This document shows positions 48,996 to 64,000 of a stretch of 64,000 nucleotides of DNA, one piece after another. Origin of the DNA: the human T2T-CHM13v2.0 reference genome, Homo sapiens. The position numbers were made by a program, and so were the translations under genes. The number at the start of each line of letters is the position of its first letter. Position 1 is the first letter of the stretch. The notes under the pieces were generated by a model. That model searched no databases. It worked only from the letters and a program-made list of their open reading frames with translations, and was not told the DNA's origin. Where the stretch lies: NCBI RefSeq assembly GCF_009914755.1, contig NC_060939.1, one strand, 5' to 3'.

Positions 48996-49297
48996 GCCTG
49001 GGCTGGGTGGCTTACACCTGTAATCCCAGCACTTTGGGAGGCCAAGGCGGGCGGATCACGAGGTCAGGAGTTCAAGATGAGCCTGGCCAACGTGGTGAAA
49101 CCCTGTCTCTACTAAAAATACAAAAAATTAGCGGGGCGTGGTGGCAGGCACCTGTAATGCCAGCTACTTGTGGGGCCGAGGCAGGAGAATTGTTTGAACC
49201 CAGGAGGCGGTGGTTGCGGTGAGCTGAGATCGCGCCACTATACTCCAGCCTGGGGGACAGAGCAAAACTCTGTCTCAAAAAAAAAAAAAAAAAAAAA

Positions 49298-49329
<32 letters not shown>
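48996..49329 (+). mobile_element. AluSg-like with A/(TA)n/(CA)n tail
   Basis: gatcacgaggtcaggagttc; microsatellite grown at the tail. Confidence 0.9.
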
Positions 49330-50100
49330 TCATTGTAGAAAAATGATAAAACTCAAAAAGTAGAAAGAAGAAAATCCTCCATTGTTAGCGTCCTGATGTA
49401 CTTCTTTCTGGATTATATAAATTCTCTACCATCCTTTCATTACTTAACATTATAAAAGGGATTTCCCACATTATTACAAATTCTCTGTCAACATCATTTT
49501 AAGCAATCTCTTACACACATGATATGAGCATGCAATAATTTATTTAATCATTTCCCTAATGCTGTGCATTTGAGTTGTTTCCAGTTTTCTGTAAATATAA
49601 ATTAAGCTATTATAAACATACTTGTCTTTAAATCTTTGGCCTTGTTTCGGATTATGCCTTTAGGATTGGTTTCCATTATTGGAGTGACTGGGTCAGAGGC
49701 CATGAGCATTTTAAGTCTCTTGATCCCTATCAAAGGTAAATGGCTTTCCAAAAAGTCGTTCTAATCTCTGTTTCTACTGCCAGCATCTCACCTCATACTC
49801 TCCAAAAATGAATATTATAATTTAAAATTTGCTATCACTTAATCCTCATGATACAATCATGCAGTGAGTATTCTAATGCAATGACTATTATCCCCAATAT
49901 GCAGATAAGGAAAGTGGGGCCGGTGGATGATTTCACACGCCCCATTTCACAGAGTTAGTAAGGCGGTCAGAACCAAGGCCTGGTTTGGCTAACTCAAGAG
50001 GACATCCGTCTCTCCCTGGGCAGGTGATGAGCCCCACAGAAGGATTTTAAATCTGGAAAGTGACATAAAGTCCAGGATCCCCTTGGCTTGCTCTTCTTAG

Positions 50101-50211
50101 TGCTGGCTTATCTATTGGTAATGATCTAAAGAACATTAACTACCAGCTGACACCAGAGAACTCTTTCTTAACACACTGTTGTTCTTCAGAGCATGTATGA
50201 ACTGAAGACTG
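50101..50211 (+). pseudogene. Exon remnant (AGLSIGNDLKNINYQLTPENSFL / frameshift / TVVLQSMYELKT)
   Basis: gcttgctcttcttag acceptor, G|gtaatg donor; resembles recalled GREB1 EYQKEVNYELVTG. Confidence 0.65.
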
Positions 50212-50616
50212 GTAATGTGAAGACAGGGGAAAAAAAGAATAGAGGATGTAATGTAGGTTATTAATGCAATAAGTAACACATATATGAATTCATACAAATT
50301 AGTTAACAAATACAAGCCACTGCAGGACTTTCTAAACAGCACTGTATAGTTCATCACTGTGGAAGGGGTCATTTCACTAGGAGTAAAGTCAAATTTCTCT
50401 TAGCTCAGCCCTGTCCCTGATTCCTCAGCATCTCTTCAGGTTTTGTTCAGACCTGAAGGTCAGAGGTAACAGACTTCCAGGGCCAGGGTCACCTCTTGAT
50501 TTAACTTGGGCTGTGGCCAGATTAGCCACATTGATCTGCTCTCTTGGAAGCCTGAAGAAGCCAGTAATCTCACTTGGGCACACATGGAGTGAGAGAGTAT
50601 AAGAAAAAAAACAACA

Positions 50617-51155
<539 letters not shown>

Positions 51156-52161
51156 CTAACTTCAAGAAGAGCACATTGGTGTTAAGTAAGGGGAAAGCAT
51201 CAGATTGATAAGTAACTGATAATGATCAGCACTGATGTTTCGGAGGAAATATGTGTTGCAGAGAGGCAGAGAACCATGGTGGCATTTTGCCCAGTGAGAT
51301 GTGTCATGCCCACTACAGGCCCCTCCTTTAGAGAGGGCACCTTCTGCCATCTTCATCTCTCCCCTTGGTTTTTATTCATTGTTCCTTCCAGTGCAAGAGG
51401 ATGTCACATTTCATAGATATATGTGAACCACAGAGACCCACCTTCATCCAGGGAACTGCAGTTCTTAGGAAGGCACTGGGGCATACTCAAGGCAATGAGA
51501 ATTTTTTCACAACAGAACTCCTGTGGCAACAGGATGGAACTTAGCAAAGGGGACTGCCCTTTCAGAAACAGTCTGTCCTGCAACAGCATGGAGATGACAA
51601 CAGGGACAGGTTCTACTTAGTGGTGACAGGGATACAGGCATCCTGGCTCCAGAAATTTATAACACTGTCTGTGCTCATGTGTAAACATGGGTGACTTATG
51701 TACCTGTATATACTTATATACATACATACATATTTACTGCAATAGACACATACATTTAATAGACTCTCCTTCCCCATGCTGTATAAAGTGCCCATCTTTA
51801 TAGCTCTTTCCTTACATAATGAAAGGTAATGCTCTGATAATCATTCTCCAGATATAAATTGGAGGGAAGCAGAGAGCAGTAGGGGCAGTTATGTCATGGG
51901 ATGGGGAGTCTAGAGAGGTGCCCCTAGGTGAGTTGAGATGTATGTAGATATCCACATGTATGCCTACATGCATATTTATATGTGTGTAGATGTGTGCATA
52001 TGTGTATGGAAAGAAGAAGTGAGAAGGACTGGGGTATGGAAAAGATTGCATGGATAAACAACGTGTTACCCTAGATTCTTAGCATACAACTATTTACAGA
52101 GGGCTTAGCAATTTTTAAAGTGTTTTTAGACGAGTTAAAATAAAAATCACTGGACTTACAG

Positions 52162-52222
52162 CCAATACACTTGGCCTGAGCCGTGATTATGCCATTTTAC
52201 CAGTTTTGCAGTTGTGCAATCA
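52162..52222 (+). pseudogene. Exon remnant (ANTLGLSRDYAILPVLQLCNQ), phase 1>2
   Basis: ggacttacag acceptor, CA|gtaagt donor, no stop. Confidence 0.7.
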
Positions 52223-54762
52223 GTAAGTATGCCACAAATAGCAGAGACAGCCAGTTCCAGCGCATGGACTCCATTTCCCTTGTGTATCCTCTGCCCTTTG
52301 GGTTTCCTAGTGTTGCTATGCTGGTCTTCTCTTTTCTGCATCAGGCATTTGGAGGGTCTTGAGTGTTTCATTGGATGTAAAAATAATGCCATTTTCCTTC
52401 TAGAAAGAGATGAAGGGTGGGACCAGGCCAGCCTTTTCCATTTGCTACTGCCTACTTCCTGCTGCCAGCCCCTCCCCCGGCAAAAACCCCTATGCTAATT
52501 CTCACTCAGCAACCCCTGTGCCCATTCACAGTGAAAACGCTACAGTGCTTCTCTCTTTTTAGTGAACATCCTATGAACACCTGCTTTGTGCTAAGCACTG
52601 GGGACCCCCAAAGAGCTCCCAGTCTAGACATAGGAGACACAGATCAATAACAAGCAACCATTGTGTAATATGACAGGTGGGCGATTAATGTTATGTGCAG
52701 AGAACAGAGAAGGATTAACCCGGCCTGGGGTGGCCAGGAAAGGTTTCAGAGAACATGACATTTCAGTTGGAAATTACAGGAGGCTTTTTGTTTGCCAAGC
52801 GAATGAGGACAAATAAGGCAGAGCCTACAGCATGGGTGAAAGCCCTGAGTCAAGAATATGCAAGACAGGATTAAGGAACAGAGAATATTCTGAAATGCCT
52901 GGATCCCTGGGGTTGCTGGATGAGGATGTAAATGGTGGGGAGGGGAGGATGGGAAATGGCTGTAAATTAGTTTGGAAAATTGGGCAGGGATGAGGTCTTG
53001 GAGGCTTTGAACTGAGCAGTTGAGTGAGTACTCTTCGCCAAGAACTGCATTTAAATCAGTTGAGTATTGTGTACCAGCTGCAGCTAAGACTTGTGGGGTC
53101 CCAGGAAAACTGGGTCATTTGGAAGATATCCCCTCTTAGCCATTTCTCTGGAAATGGACAACTCTCAAAGACTTGGGAAACACTAGCTGTGTGGTCAGGG
53201 AGGGGCCAGGAGGCCTGGGAGACCTTTGGAAAGGGGTCATGAATGACCTGACATCTTTGTGCTTTTGTCAGTGTGATCACTAAAGGGGAATTAAAGCCTT
53301 TTGTAAAAGATGTAATGAGGCTCTCTGAGGTCAGTCGGATGAGCTCACAATTTCAACAATCACCCCCCGGTGGGATTGAGGCCAGATTTCTTCTGCAAAC
53401 CTCTTGTGTAAGATGGTTCCTTGAAGGATTTCTGAAAATAAATATTTCATAGAAAAAGTGGTTGCACAAAGAGGGAGGATCTGGAATTCAAAGGGCAGGT
53501 CCCAGGAAGCCCAACTGCTATCCTAGGCTCAGTGAGGTTGCTCAGGTTGTTAATGTGTGAACCTAACACTGTTAGGCTGTTTTCTGGGCTGACACCCATG
53601 AAAGGGATGGGTTCCGTGCTGCAGCTGTTGATGGAGACAAGAGGGATATGCAGCTGCTTAAACTTTTGACACATTGCTAGGGGACTGGAATGGGAGGCCA
53701 TTCAACTTCCTCTCATGTCTGCTATGCCTTCTGAATTTGACAACTCAAAGGGTCACAGTCAGAAAGAGGCCCCAGCTGTGAAATTATTTCCCAACAGAGA
53801 GTCAATGCATTGATATGGCTCAAAGGTCCAAGCCAGGGTACTCCAAAAAGCTTAGAACAAAATGGATGGGTGTTGCTTTGCTGAAGTTTCTGGTGATTGC
53901 TAACTATGGCTAAAGACAGAACTCTATTGCCATCAGTAGGAAGAAGTAAACTCATAGATTAGTTTTTTGGCAGTAATTCTATCTTGAGTGTTATTGTTTG
54001 TTTAATAAGGGCCCTTGTCACATGGTCACATGTAAATGGTCACAGGTAAAGGATTTGTGGAGTCTGCTTCCTTAATTGAAAAGCATTGTGAAATTCACCT
54101 TGACTTATGGAAAAGCAAATGCATTTTCATTTGTTAATGGCCCTAGTCAAGGGTGTAGTATTTGTATAAGCAGAGGTGGTGAAAAGCAGCCTCTCCCAAA
54201 GCATGTTTCAGAACCTCAAATCCTGTGAGTCTTGCATGGGAAGAGTTTTATATGGAAGTAAATTCAAGAAATGCCGTGTATTATGTGCCCCTCTTGGAGA
54301 TTCATAAGGCTCGCTGGCATAGTAAAGCCTCTAGGATATCTTGCACTAAGGAAACTTGGTTAATTTGGTATCATTTAACATTTCCCAAACTTGTCCCTGG
54401 ATCCATTGTTTGTTTTTTCAATTTTTAACATTTTTTTAAGTCCTGCAGATTCAGAACCACTTTACGAAACCCTGATTTGAAGAATTAAGACATAAATAGG
54501 AGGAGGATGTATGGGTTTATCAATTGTCTATTACAACTTAATCTTTAGCCAGAAGATACATATGGAGCCACATATATAAAATAAGTCACAATCTATTAAA
54601 TTTCTCTTCCTTATCTAGACCCTCTCATTTTCACAGCTTTCTACATCCACCCAAGCAAAACTAAACTGACTACATCTTCATTTTTTTCCTCTGCAACTTA
54701 TTTATGAATCCATACCTTCACCAGCTATTGTGTTCTGAAGGGTTTCTTCTGTGCACACACAG

Positions 54763-54900
54763 GATCATATCTCATCTAAACCATAGGTTCCATGCAGAAC
54801 TCTGTACTCCAATAAACCAGTCCTGATTAGGTGGAAAATAGTATCATATTTTGGCCAAATTCCCTGCTGAGCAACATGCCTCCTTTTATGTGGGGTATAG
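54763..54900 (+). pseudogene. Exon remnant (IISHLNHRFHAELCTPINQS*LGGK*YHILAKFPAEQHASFYVGYR), phase 2>2
   Basis: 138 nt, AG|gtatag donor; resembles recalled GREB1 QKLLSHV...LGSFEKVDFLICIPPSEV. Confidence 0.7.
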
Positions 54901-57119
54901 GTATAGCTCATCTGGGCTTTGTATATCTGTAACTGATATCTGTCTATGGTCTGAATGGGGGTTTGCTGCATGTAGACTAGACCATAAACTCAATAAATAG
55001 ACCCTTTTCTCTATCCTCGTAATACAAGGAATATTCATTAATGCAACTTTTAAGCATGGAAGCCATCTCCAGACAGCCAATTTCTGTGGTTGAGGCAGGA
55101 ACAGAATATAAATGCTTGTTCTCTAAAGAACCCTATTCTTATCTTTCTATAAAATGCAGCAACTCTATTTTGGCCAAACATTTTTCTGTCTGTCCCAGAT
55201 TAAACACTTCTTCCCAAAAGTAGAAGTAAGTACAGAGAAGAGTACCTTTGTTTGGGAAGAATTCGACCCACTTCTTGCATTTCCTTGCCACCATTTACTT
55301 CATTCTGTATCCATTCCAGCCTGGATTCGGCCACCATTACTCTTGAGGACACTAGAAGTTGCCTAATTACCAAAACCAATTGTCATTTTCGCCTGCTTTT
55401 TCCACCTCAGAGCCTTCTGGAGAATTCTAGTCTCCTGACCGAGAGGATGCTAAGTTTTCCTGGTTCTCACACCTACTCCTAAAGTCCTCCCTGCTAGTCT
55501 CCATCTTCTGTGTGCAATGTTTCCATTCATTTATCTCACCTATCCCCGATGACCTAACAGATGTTGTTTTCAGAAGGAGAGAAGAGTAAATTTTGGTTCC
55601 TACCTTGTGGTGTGTCACCTCACTGAAAAGAACATCCCTAAATGTGAAATTTTAAAATAATAGTTTCTGAAAATAATTAAATCCAGAAATGTTTGGGTTA
55701 TAAGACATAGTTCAAGTATAGGAAGAGAATGAGAGGTCAATATTGGTTATGATCATGGTAGAGGATTCCAAAGAAAAAATGAGATTCTGAGTGGAGATGA
55801 AGCATATGTAATGTTCAAAGAGAGCAGCAACGGAATACAAGGAAACTAGGGGATGATTACTTCCTTCTTTTGAAGGAGAGAGGCAGTCAGCTGGACCTGA
55901 AAGGGAAAGAAGCATCCACTAGTATAAGAAAACATCCCAGAGGTTCAAGTTAACTGAGGCCGACTCCTGGCTAGGACCTCTGCGGAGCATGCTTCCCTCC
56001 ACGAGTTCTTAGAAGCCTGTGCATGAGGTGTTGCGTGGAATAGCAAGATGCCACCCTCTCTATCAAACTACTGCCCAATTTTCAAAAACAGGACCTGAGA
56101 AAGAGCTGGCATTCAGAATGGCTCTCAGATTACACTACTTTCTATGTAAATTGATTTGTGCAGATTTGGTTTTGTAAGGGAAAACAATTGGCCAATTTTT
56201 TTATAGCTCTCTACTTCTGCCCACAGACTTGTTCACTTTTCCCTTTTACATGTAAATGGAAAAATGGAAATGAGATTTCTGTGATGCATGGAATCTCTAT
56301 TTTTAGAAAAGATAAACAGGGTCCCCTGGTCAGAGACTCCAAAGGAAAATATGGTTCCCAAAGGATGGAAGATTAAAAATAAAATGTAGATAGGTACGTA
56401 AGTAAATTAATAAGACAACAAGCAAAAACCTGTAAATTCAATCCACTTTACTATGCTGAGGAATGCCACTGAAAGAAAATGAGAACCAGGGTAAGAAGGG
56501 AAATATGCATTTATAAATTTATATAAATATATGTAATTATGTATTTTATACTATATAATGTACCTTACACAGAATGAATATTTTTTTAAACAGAAGCTAC
56601 TTCTTTTCCCATTATCTTCATCATCATCATCCTTTAGAATAAGTAGGTACAGAGTAGAGGACCAGGCTTCTTCCTTAGGTCCCAAGAATAATGTTAACAA
56701 TGTCAAAGGGAAACAAGAGCTATTTCCTCTTGTATTCTGTCTTTTCCTGGATGGAAATTGCTCTTCACATGAGAAAGGGTGTAAACAACAGCGAAAAGAG
56801 GCCTCTGCAGCCCTGGCTAGGTGAGAAGATGAAGGACCCAGGCATTTAAGATGAAGTTGGGCTTCCCACCAACACTCATTGTGTGCAGGTTGAGCCCAGC
56901 ACCCCAGGGAACGATGCCTCTTTAGTGTGGATGAATATGTTCTCAGAGGCATCTTGTTTCTGAGCTCCTGTAACCTTCTGTGCATTCATGTGACTCTCCT
57001 CACTGAATAGAGGCTCCTTGAGAGCAGAAATTGTGTCTTATTCACTGACCCACCTCACAGCACAACATCTGGCCCAGGATAGACACACAGTACAAATGTG
57101 CCAATTGATTGAAAAACTG

Positions 57120-57870
57120 TAAGACTAAAGATGGACAAATGTCCATGTTTTCAAAATGGAAGGTGGGTATAATTTGGAAACCACATCTAAGCTTGATGGC
57201 AGTTCCTTAAAAAAAAATCTGTTGAACAGACAGACTTGAATAGCTGATCTTAATACTCTGAAATTCACCTAAAAATGGTCAGAAAATTGGAACTGACCTT
57301 CAGTAAAAACCACTAGTATGAAAAAAGGTTTAAAAAGTGAATCTAATTGTGGAATGTCTTAGTAGAAAGGTAGGGTTCTGAGCATAGTCCTCTTATGTTT
57401 TGCTGGTCAGACTACATCATGTTCCATTCTTAGGTGCTTATTTTAAGAAAGGCCTTCATAAACTAGAACATACCCAAGGGAGGGTGACCAGGACCAGTAA
57501 TATAGGGTTCCAATCCAAAGAGGACAATTGAGAAAGAGATGGCGTGATTTAACCTGAAGAAGAACAGGTAGAGGCAGACAAGTGGTGGCAACAGTGCCAT
57601 CTTCAAAACTTGGAAAATAGGGTTAGAACTTTTCTGTACTACTCACAATGCAGAACTGCGACCAGTGGGTAGAAGTAGTAAGGGGCCTGAATTCAATCCA
57701 CTGTGAGGAAGCATTTCCTAGAAAATAGAATTGCACCCAGACGCAAAGAGCTCTCTTCACTGGAAATGTTCTAGCAATGGCTGGATGGAAAGCTGTAGAT
57801 GAGATTCCTGCATTGGGCAAGAGGCTTGGATTGGACTGGGTGGTCTTCATCTCCAAGCATCTGTGACTGT
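57120..57870 (+). mobile_element. L3/CR1 relic
   Basis: gacaaatgtccatgttttcaaaa, ctggtcagactacat, aaactagaacatacccaagggagggtgaccagg motifs. Confidence 0.6.
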
Positions 57871-58525
57871 TTCACTTCATTCATCATGAATAGGATTAAC
57901 TCTCTACGAGAAAGCTTTCTCGATTAGGGCCACTGTGCAGCAAATCTCCTCAAAAGCTTCATTTACACTGTTTTCTAGATCAACTGCTCACAGTAACCCA
58001 TGCCTGTAATAGGGGCTCAGAAGGGTTTAGCCATTAGTTTAAAGGGACTTCCAACCTGTTACCAGGGAGTGGCCAATCTAGAATTACTTCTAATTATTAG
58101 AAGATAATTTATAAATTAGAGAATTGATTCATATTGCATCATGTGATATCATGGCAAATGTCAGCAGAAGCTTATAGTGATAAACCAACTAACATAAACT
58201 CCAATCTGAGATTTCTTACCCTCCTCAAATTTCCTATCCTCCAGTTGATGTTAGAACATTTAGTAGTAATTTTCTAGTTTTGCAATAAAATCAGATACAA
58301 GCCAGAAACGAATTAATGGAAGTATGTGAAATTAAACTAAAATGATTTTTTAAATATTTTAATTTTTAAATGATTTTAGTTTAAATTTTTTAAATTAATA
58401 TCATCATTTGATTTAACTTCTGTTTTTATCAGTCATTTCTCATTGCCTTCTCTTTTTCTTCTTCTCCCTTTCTTTCCCTTCATCTCCATTTCCTCTAAGG
58501 ATTTCAATTTTTTAAACTTTCCCAG

Positions 58526-58755
58526 GACTCAATTAACATCACTTAAACAATTTTTTGGTGGGACCAGTGAAGTCTTGGAGCTGCTGCCTTTCATACTCAG
58601 CCGAACCCTGGAAACCAAATCCGTAGCCAAACATTTGGCTTTGGTTTAGAGGCAGAAGTCAGAAAGGGGAATTGATATGCAGGTGTGGTGCAAAGCTGGT
58701 CTTAAAAATACAGATGTTATTACCTCTGGGCCCTAGGGGCCTGGAACAAAAGGCA
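58526..58755 (+). pseudogene. Exon remnant (TQLTSLKQFFGGTSEVLELLPFILSRTLE...), phase 2>1
   Basis: aactttcccag acceptor after a long pyrimidine tract, A|gtgagc donor; frame of ORF 58443..58649. Confidence 0.55.
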
Positions 58756-58986
58756 GTGAGCCACCCCCGGAGGTGAAACGATGGTCATAAAATGGTTTCT
58801 CCATTCGTGAATTTTGCTGAGCTGCCTCTGCAACATTTAGTGACTATTTAATAACACTAACAGCTCTTTGAGCTAAATTACTAACATTTGGGGGAGCAAG
58901 GTTATGTAAAACAAAATTGAATTATGAAAACAATTTTCCAGTTAGCTCCAGCGTTTCTTGATTTCTGTTTATCTTTTTTCTCAAAG

Positions 58987-59197
58987 GGGCCATTTACCAA
59001 TTCCCCCCTGGCTGGCATGAGCTGATGTCCAAAGACTCCAAACAATCAGCACACACCTCTGAACAACAAGGGTCCGTATTTTTCCATCTCTGTTCCTAGC
59101 CCAAAGCTTGGAAACACTTTCAGTCATGGAAAGATCTAAAACCAAGAAATATCCAAAGTGGTCTTCTGAAGAAAAGTATGATGCTCTTTGAACCCTG
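58987..59197 (+). pseudogene. Exon remnant (AIYQFPPGWHELMSKD...PKAWKHFQSWKDLKPRNIQSGLLKKSMMLFEP), phase 1>2
   Basis: tcttttttctcaaag acceptor, TG|gttaag donor, single stop. Confidence 0.5.
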
Positions 59198-59629
59198 GTT
59201 AAGTTTTCATAAAAATTCTCTGTTAACCTAATGCTGTTGGAGGTCACCTTGTTTAGATACAGAAACTGCATGAATTGACAAGCAAAAGTTAAAGACAGAG
59301 GCACTTTCTAGTAAAATTGAAAATGCACACTCCATAAAAGTAAGCAATCCCACTTCCAGGTATACACTTTAGGGCACCTCTCCCACATGCGCACACTTTA
59401 ACAGCAGTTAAAACGACTAAACTGTACGCATATGTGTCGACGTGGATAGATCTCAAAAACAACAGAGCGCAGAAAGCAAGCTACTAAAGTTATGTTACCA
59501 ATATGCAAATTGCTAAAGACAACACAAAATATAAAATATAAAAGCAGGGATATACCCCGGCATCACAGGCTGCCTCTTGGGAGGGGGTGGAAATGGGGAT
59601 GGTGCAACAAAAGGTTCTTCAACATTATT

Positions 59630-59938
<309 letters not shown>

Positions 59939-60014
59939 TAATAATGTTTTGTTTTCTCAAAAAGGAAGGTACTTTAAACAAAAGTAACAAAAACTTAATT
60001 TGGTGGATACTTGA

Positions 60015-60371
<357 letters not shown>

Positions 60372-60558
60372 TAAAGAGCCAAACCAGGATTTAAATTAAA
60401 AAGATGAAAGCATTGTCAAACACCCAGAAAGGTTTCTCTGCGGACCCAGGAGAGCCAGGATAGTTAGCATCTGGAAAACAAGGCAGGCCCCAGTGTTCGG
60501 AAGGGGCAGAGGCACCGGGAGAGTTACGTTTGAGCAAATTTGTTATTTTCTCATTCAG

Positions 60559-60812
60559 TAGCCTGCTCCTAAGATTCCATAAATCCTTGCTGGATGACTT
60601 ATGTCCTGGTCCCATTCTACTTGCCTGAAACAAAGTTTTACCCCCAGTTGGTGATAATATACATTGAAATTTCTGTTGCTCCTATCTATTCTGTTTCTTT
60701 GTGGCTCAAGTTTTCTCTTCTCTCCGTGCATTATATTCAAACATGTAACTCCAAACAGAACATACAAGCATAGGGCACAGCACGCTGTCTGTTTCAGATA
60801 GAACTTTATTTG
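60559..60812 (+). pseudogene. Exon remnant (SLLLRFHKSLLDDLCPGPILLA*... / frameshift / ...CLFQIELYL)
   Basis: gttattttctcattcag acceptor, TTG|gtaggt donor. Confidence 0.5.
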
Positions 60813-61358
60813 GTAGGTGGAAATAAATGCATACACATGGAGGGAGGTCTGTCTGACAGTAACAGTTCATTTTTCCAACTAATTCAACTGATACCTGATT
60901 GGTGATCCTGACCAAGGTTTGACGTTGTTTAACTATTTCTTAATATTTCTTCTGTTCAGCTAGTATATATTCGACATATTCTCCATCAAGTGTGACCAGC
61001 CTAGAAGACTAGAGTTACATATAGCTCTTTAGAAATTCAGGTGTAGTCCTAGAAGTCAGTGAGAAGAAAAATATAGGATGTTCTGCAAGTTGTAATGATG
61101 TGTGGTTTAAAGGCCTTTGAGAGTCCTAAGAAGGAGGCATAGAGGAAACAGCCCAGCATTTGAAGCAGACAAACTGGGCTTCAGAGCCTAGCTCAGCCAC
61201 TTTAGTACCTGTGAGGCTTTGGGAAAGTTACCTAACATTTCTGATATTCTGTTTTCTCATCCAAAAAATTGAGTTGTTAAGAATGAAGTGAACTAACTAA
61301 TGAAAAATGCTTAATATGGTGTCTAACATATTATTGGTATTTAAAAACATAGTTGTCT

Positions 61359-61590
61359 GGCTGGGTGTGGGGGCTCATGCCTGTAATCCCAGAGTTTCAA
61401 GGGGACAAGGTGAGAGGATTGCTTGAGACTAGGAGTTAGAGATCAGCTTGGGGAACATAGCAAAACTCTGTTTTTACAAAAAAAAATAATAATAATAACA
61501 AAATTCGCCGGGCATGGTGGTGCATGCCCGGAGTCCCAGCTACTCAGGAGACTGAGACAGGAGGATCACTTGAGCCCAGGAATTCAAGGC
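61359..61590 (+). mobile_element. Partial AluJ
   Basis: Diverged; 3' part of the right arm missing. Confidence 0.8.
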
Positions 61591-62302
61591 CAACTTTTTG
61601 TCTGATGATATGTCATTAGCAGGGCACCAAGAGTAGCTCATTATTCTTGCTGATTAACTCAGCTGAAGCAACCTTATTAATGATAGTGGTGACAAATAAC
61701 ATAATTAGATCTATGTACTCTGTGTATAACCTTGCACAAGGCTTGAGAAATGAAGCCTCAGAGTGGATAGATTCAACCTGCACATATCTGATGCCATCCT
61801 TCCAACTTTGCCCACCCCTCCAACATAGACTTATTGCTCTGGTGACCACTCTTAGTAGTGGAGACATGTCTTAACTCTCAGGTGGGGTAGAGGGTTAAAA
61901 AGGCTAATAAGCAGCAGGGTCAGTTTCTGGCTGGGAGTCCAACCTATGTTATGGTCTCCTTTCTGGCTGCCTCCTATTGTGTTATTTTGGGCAGATAATT
62001 TCTTTGGCTGTAAATTTATTGATCTTTAAAATAGGATGGTAGGACGTTGGACAAGATGATTTCTGGGGTCCTTTGCCCCATATTCTATGTTCATGATTTC
62101 TTTTCCTTTGTAAGTATAATTATACACCCAAAGTACCATGGATTATCAATTCTAAAATGCACAATTGTTTCACATCTTAACATCTAAGAACCCAGGATAT
62201 AACTTACAATTAATGGTAATTTAGATTGCTGTGAAATACAATATATAATTAAATGTGTGAGAGGTACTAATAAAAATACTACTTAATTACGAGTTTCTAC
62301 AG

Positions 62303-62356
62303 GAAAAATTGAAAATTGCTGTCAAGATATTGACTGAAAACAAGCGTACATTTTTT
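62303..62356 (+). pseudogene. Exon remnant (EKLKIAVKILTENKRTFF), phase 0>0
   Basis: gtttctacag acceptor, TTT|gtaagt donor, 54 nt open. Confidence 0.7.
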
Positions 62357-62495
62357 GTAAGTTCAATGGAGATCATTAACATGGAAAAGAACCCATGAGT
62401 TGCTAGGACAGTTGTCCCAGATGAGGGATTGATTTGGGTGTTCCTAAAGGTCCCTTTCAACCCTGAGATGCTATGAAACACTAACTTTATTCCAG

Positions 62496-62554
62496 TTATT
62501 TGTTGTTTTGCACACTCATTCAGTAACTGAAGAGCATTTTGGAGAAAAAAAAAG
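62496..62554 (+). pseudogene. Exon remnant (LFVVLHTHSVTEEHFGEKK)
   Basis: ctaactttattccag acceptor with branch-like ctaac, AG|gtagtt donor; with the previous exon resembles recalled GREB1 TKFKAFLQNSFQNPHTLFVLIHDHAH. Confidence 0.55.
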
Positions 62555-62922
62555 GTAGTTTACGGGGATGACATAGTAATATTGTACCTATTAAATAATC
62601 ATGTGTACATTTCCATTGGAGTGTTAAGTTATTGATATTCTGATTAACTGTTACTATAGCTATCATTCAATAATATTTTCAAAAATTAATAGCTATGTTT
62701 GGACACTAAAACTGTGGTGAAAATAATTTCATATTCATTGATGGCTGAAAACGCCTTTTAGATTCTTGTAGAAGTTCAAGTCATTTGCTATGAACACAGT
62801 GCCATATAACAAAAATATTCACTTGTGCTCTAGATAAATGGAACTTCCATGTTAAGTCTCAGTAATAGAGGAGATATTATTTTATTACAATTGCTAATGA
62901 TTTGTTGTTGTTGAGTTTATAG

Positions 62923-62952
62923 GTAGAAAAAGAAGCCATTAGTTACTTTTGG
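62923..62952 (+). pseudogene. Possible exon remnant (VEKEAISYFW)
   Basis: gagtttatag acceptor, TGG|gtaact donor. Confidence 0.35.
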
Positions 62953-64000
62953 GTAACTTGTTGCTTGATTTATCAAGACTTCTTTGTAATCATGATATAT
63001 TATCTATCATTAATCTTACTTGGCTGTTAGCATGACTGAGAATCGAAGTGATTTTGAACCTATCTCAGGAATGAGGCCCAGAGGTGTGGTTCAGGTGATC
63101 TTGGAGGAGCTGTTTAGAAAGCAATTCCCGATGCCAAAAGTTGGGATCAGTTATCCAAAGGGCTGTATTTGAAGGCTGGGTTTGATTTCTGGGTTTCCCT
63201 AATTTACAATAGAAATCTCGATTTATCACATGTGCCATGAATTTGTTACTCTGAAGGAATTAATCAAAATGTTCTTTCTATAAACATTTTTATTGATTCA
63301 TCATTTCTGAAATCATGCAATTTATGAGTTGGTCCTATTTTGGGTAATAGCAATTACTTATGAAAGCTGCTAGAGAGTTTCTGTCAAGTTTAATTAAACC
63401 TTTTCTACTGGAGACTTTTTCAAGAGTTTGTGAACTGTTGACTGTTGATACCATGTCCCAAATATTACTCATAAACTGGAATTTTTACCAGCAAAAATAA
63501 CTCAGAGGCATCAGTCTCCCAAATCTGGAAGCCAGTTGACTCCTTTTTGACAAATTCCGTATGTCTCTTTACTTCATTGCAACTTAGCATTTGGCCTTGT
63601 GTATTATTTACACGTGTGATTCACTTTTTTCTAACATGTTCTAAATACTTTTTTCAAGATGTTCAATCTACTTTTTATTACCCTCTTTTTGTAAATTTTA
63701 ATGATGTGAAAAGCAGCTAAGGACCAATGGAGAAGCTCAGAATAGCAATTTTTGTAGGAAGTCCTGATGAAGAGTTTATCAAGGGAGATTTTTAAGTCAG
63801 TTATGAAGCCTGAGGGAAAGCTAGAAGTTTAGGGAGACCTTTGATCATACAGTATTGGAAATGCAGGATACTGTTAGGGTAAGTGAAGGCTCAGGATAGG
63901 CAGAGGTAGCTATGGACCTAGATTGAGGGGAGATTTGTTCAATGGGATCTACATTGAGCTGGGCAGGATTTGGATTGATAAAGAAAGTAAGAGCAAGCCA

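Overview
Human (or very close primate) genomic DNA, judged from AluYa5, a young L1PA2/L1HS-type 3' end and THE1A. It is repeat-rich: about 22 Alus, several L1s, plus L2/MIR/L3, MaLR and ERV solo LTRs and DNA-transposon relics. I found no intact protein-coding gene. The only ORF in the track with a recognisable product is the L1 ORF2 C-terminus at 28132-28650. The main hidden structure is a chain of about 25 plus-strand exon-like segments from ~0.9 kb to ~63 kb. Most have canonical splice signals and mostly compatible intron phases, but they carry many in-frame stops and a few frameshifts, which points to a decayed multi-exon (unitary-type) pseudogene. Five reconstructed peptide blocks resemble human GREB1 (sequence recalled from memory, not searched) in the same order, suggesting a lost, divergent GREB1-family paralog. 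Other notable items: an old L1MA insertion with an apparent 3' transduction splitting an MLT1E LTR, a 90-nt near-perfect hairpin, young possibly polymorphic AluYa5 and L1 insertions, a minisatellite born inside MER46C, short dispersed local duplications, and an antisense exon next to an NRF2/AP-1 motif pair. Repeat subfamily names come from recalled consensus features and should be confirmed with RepeatMasker/Dfam.
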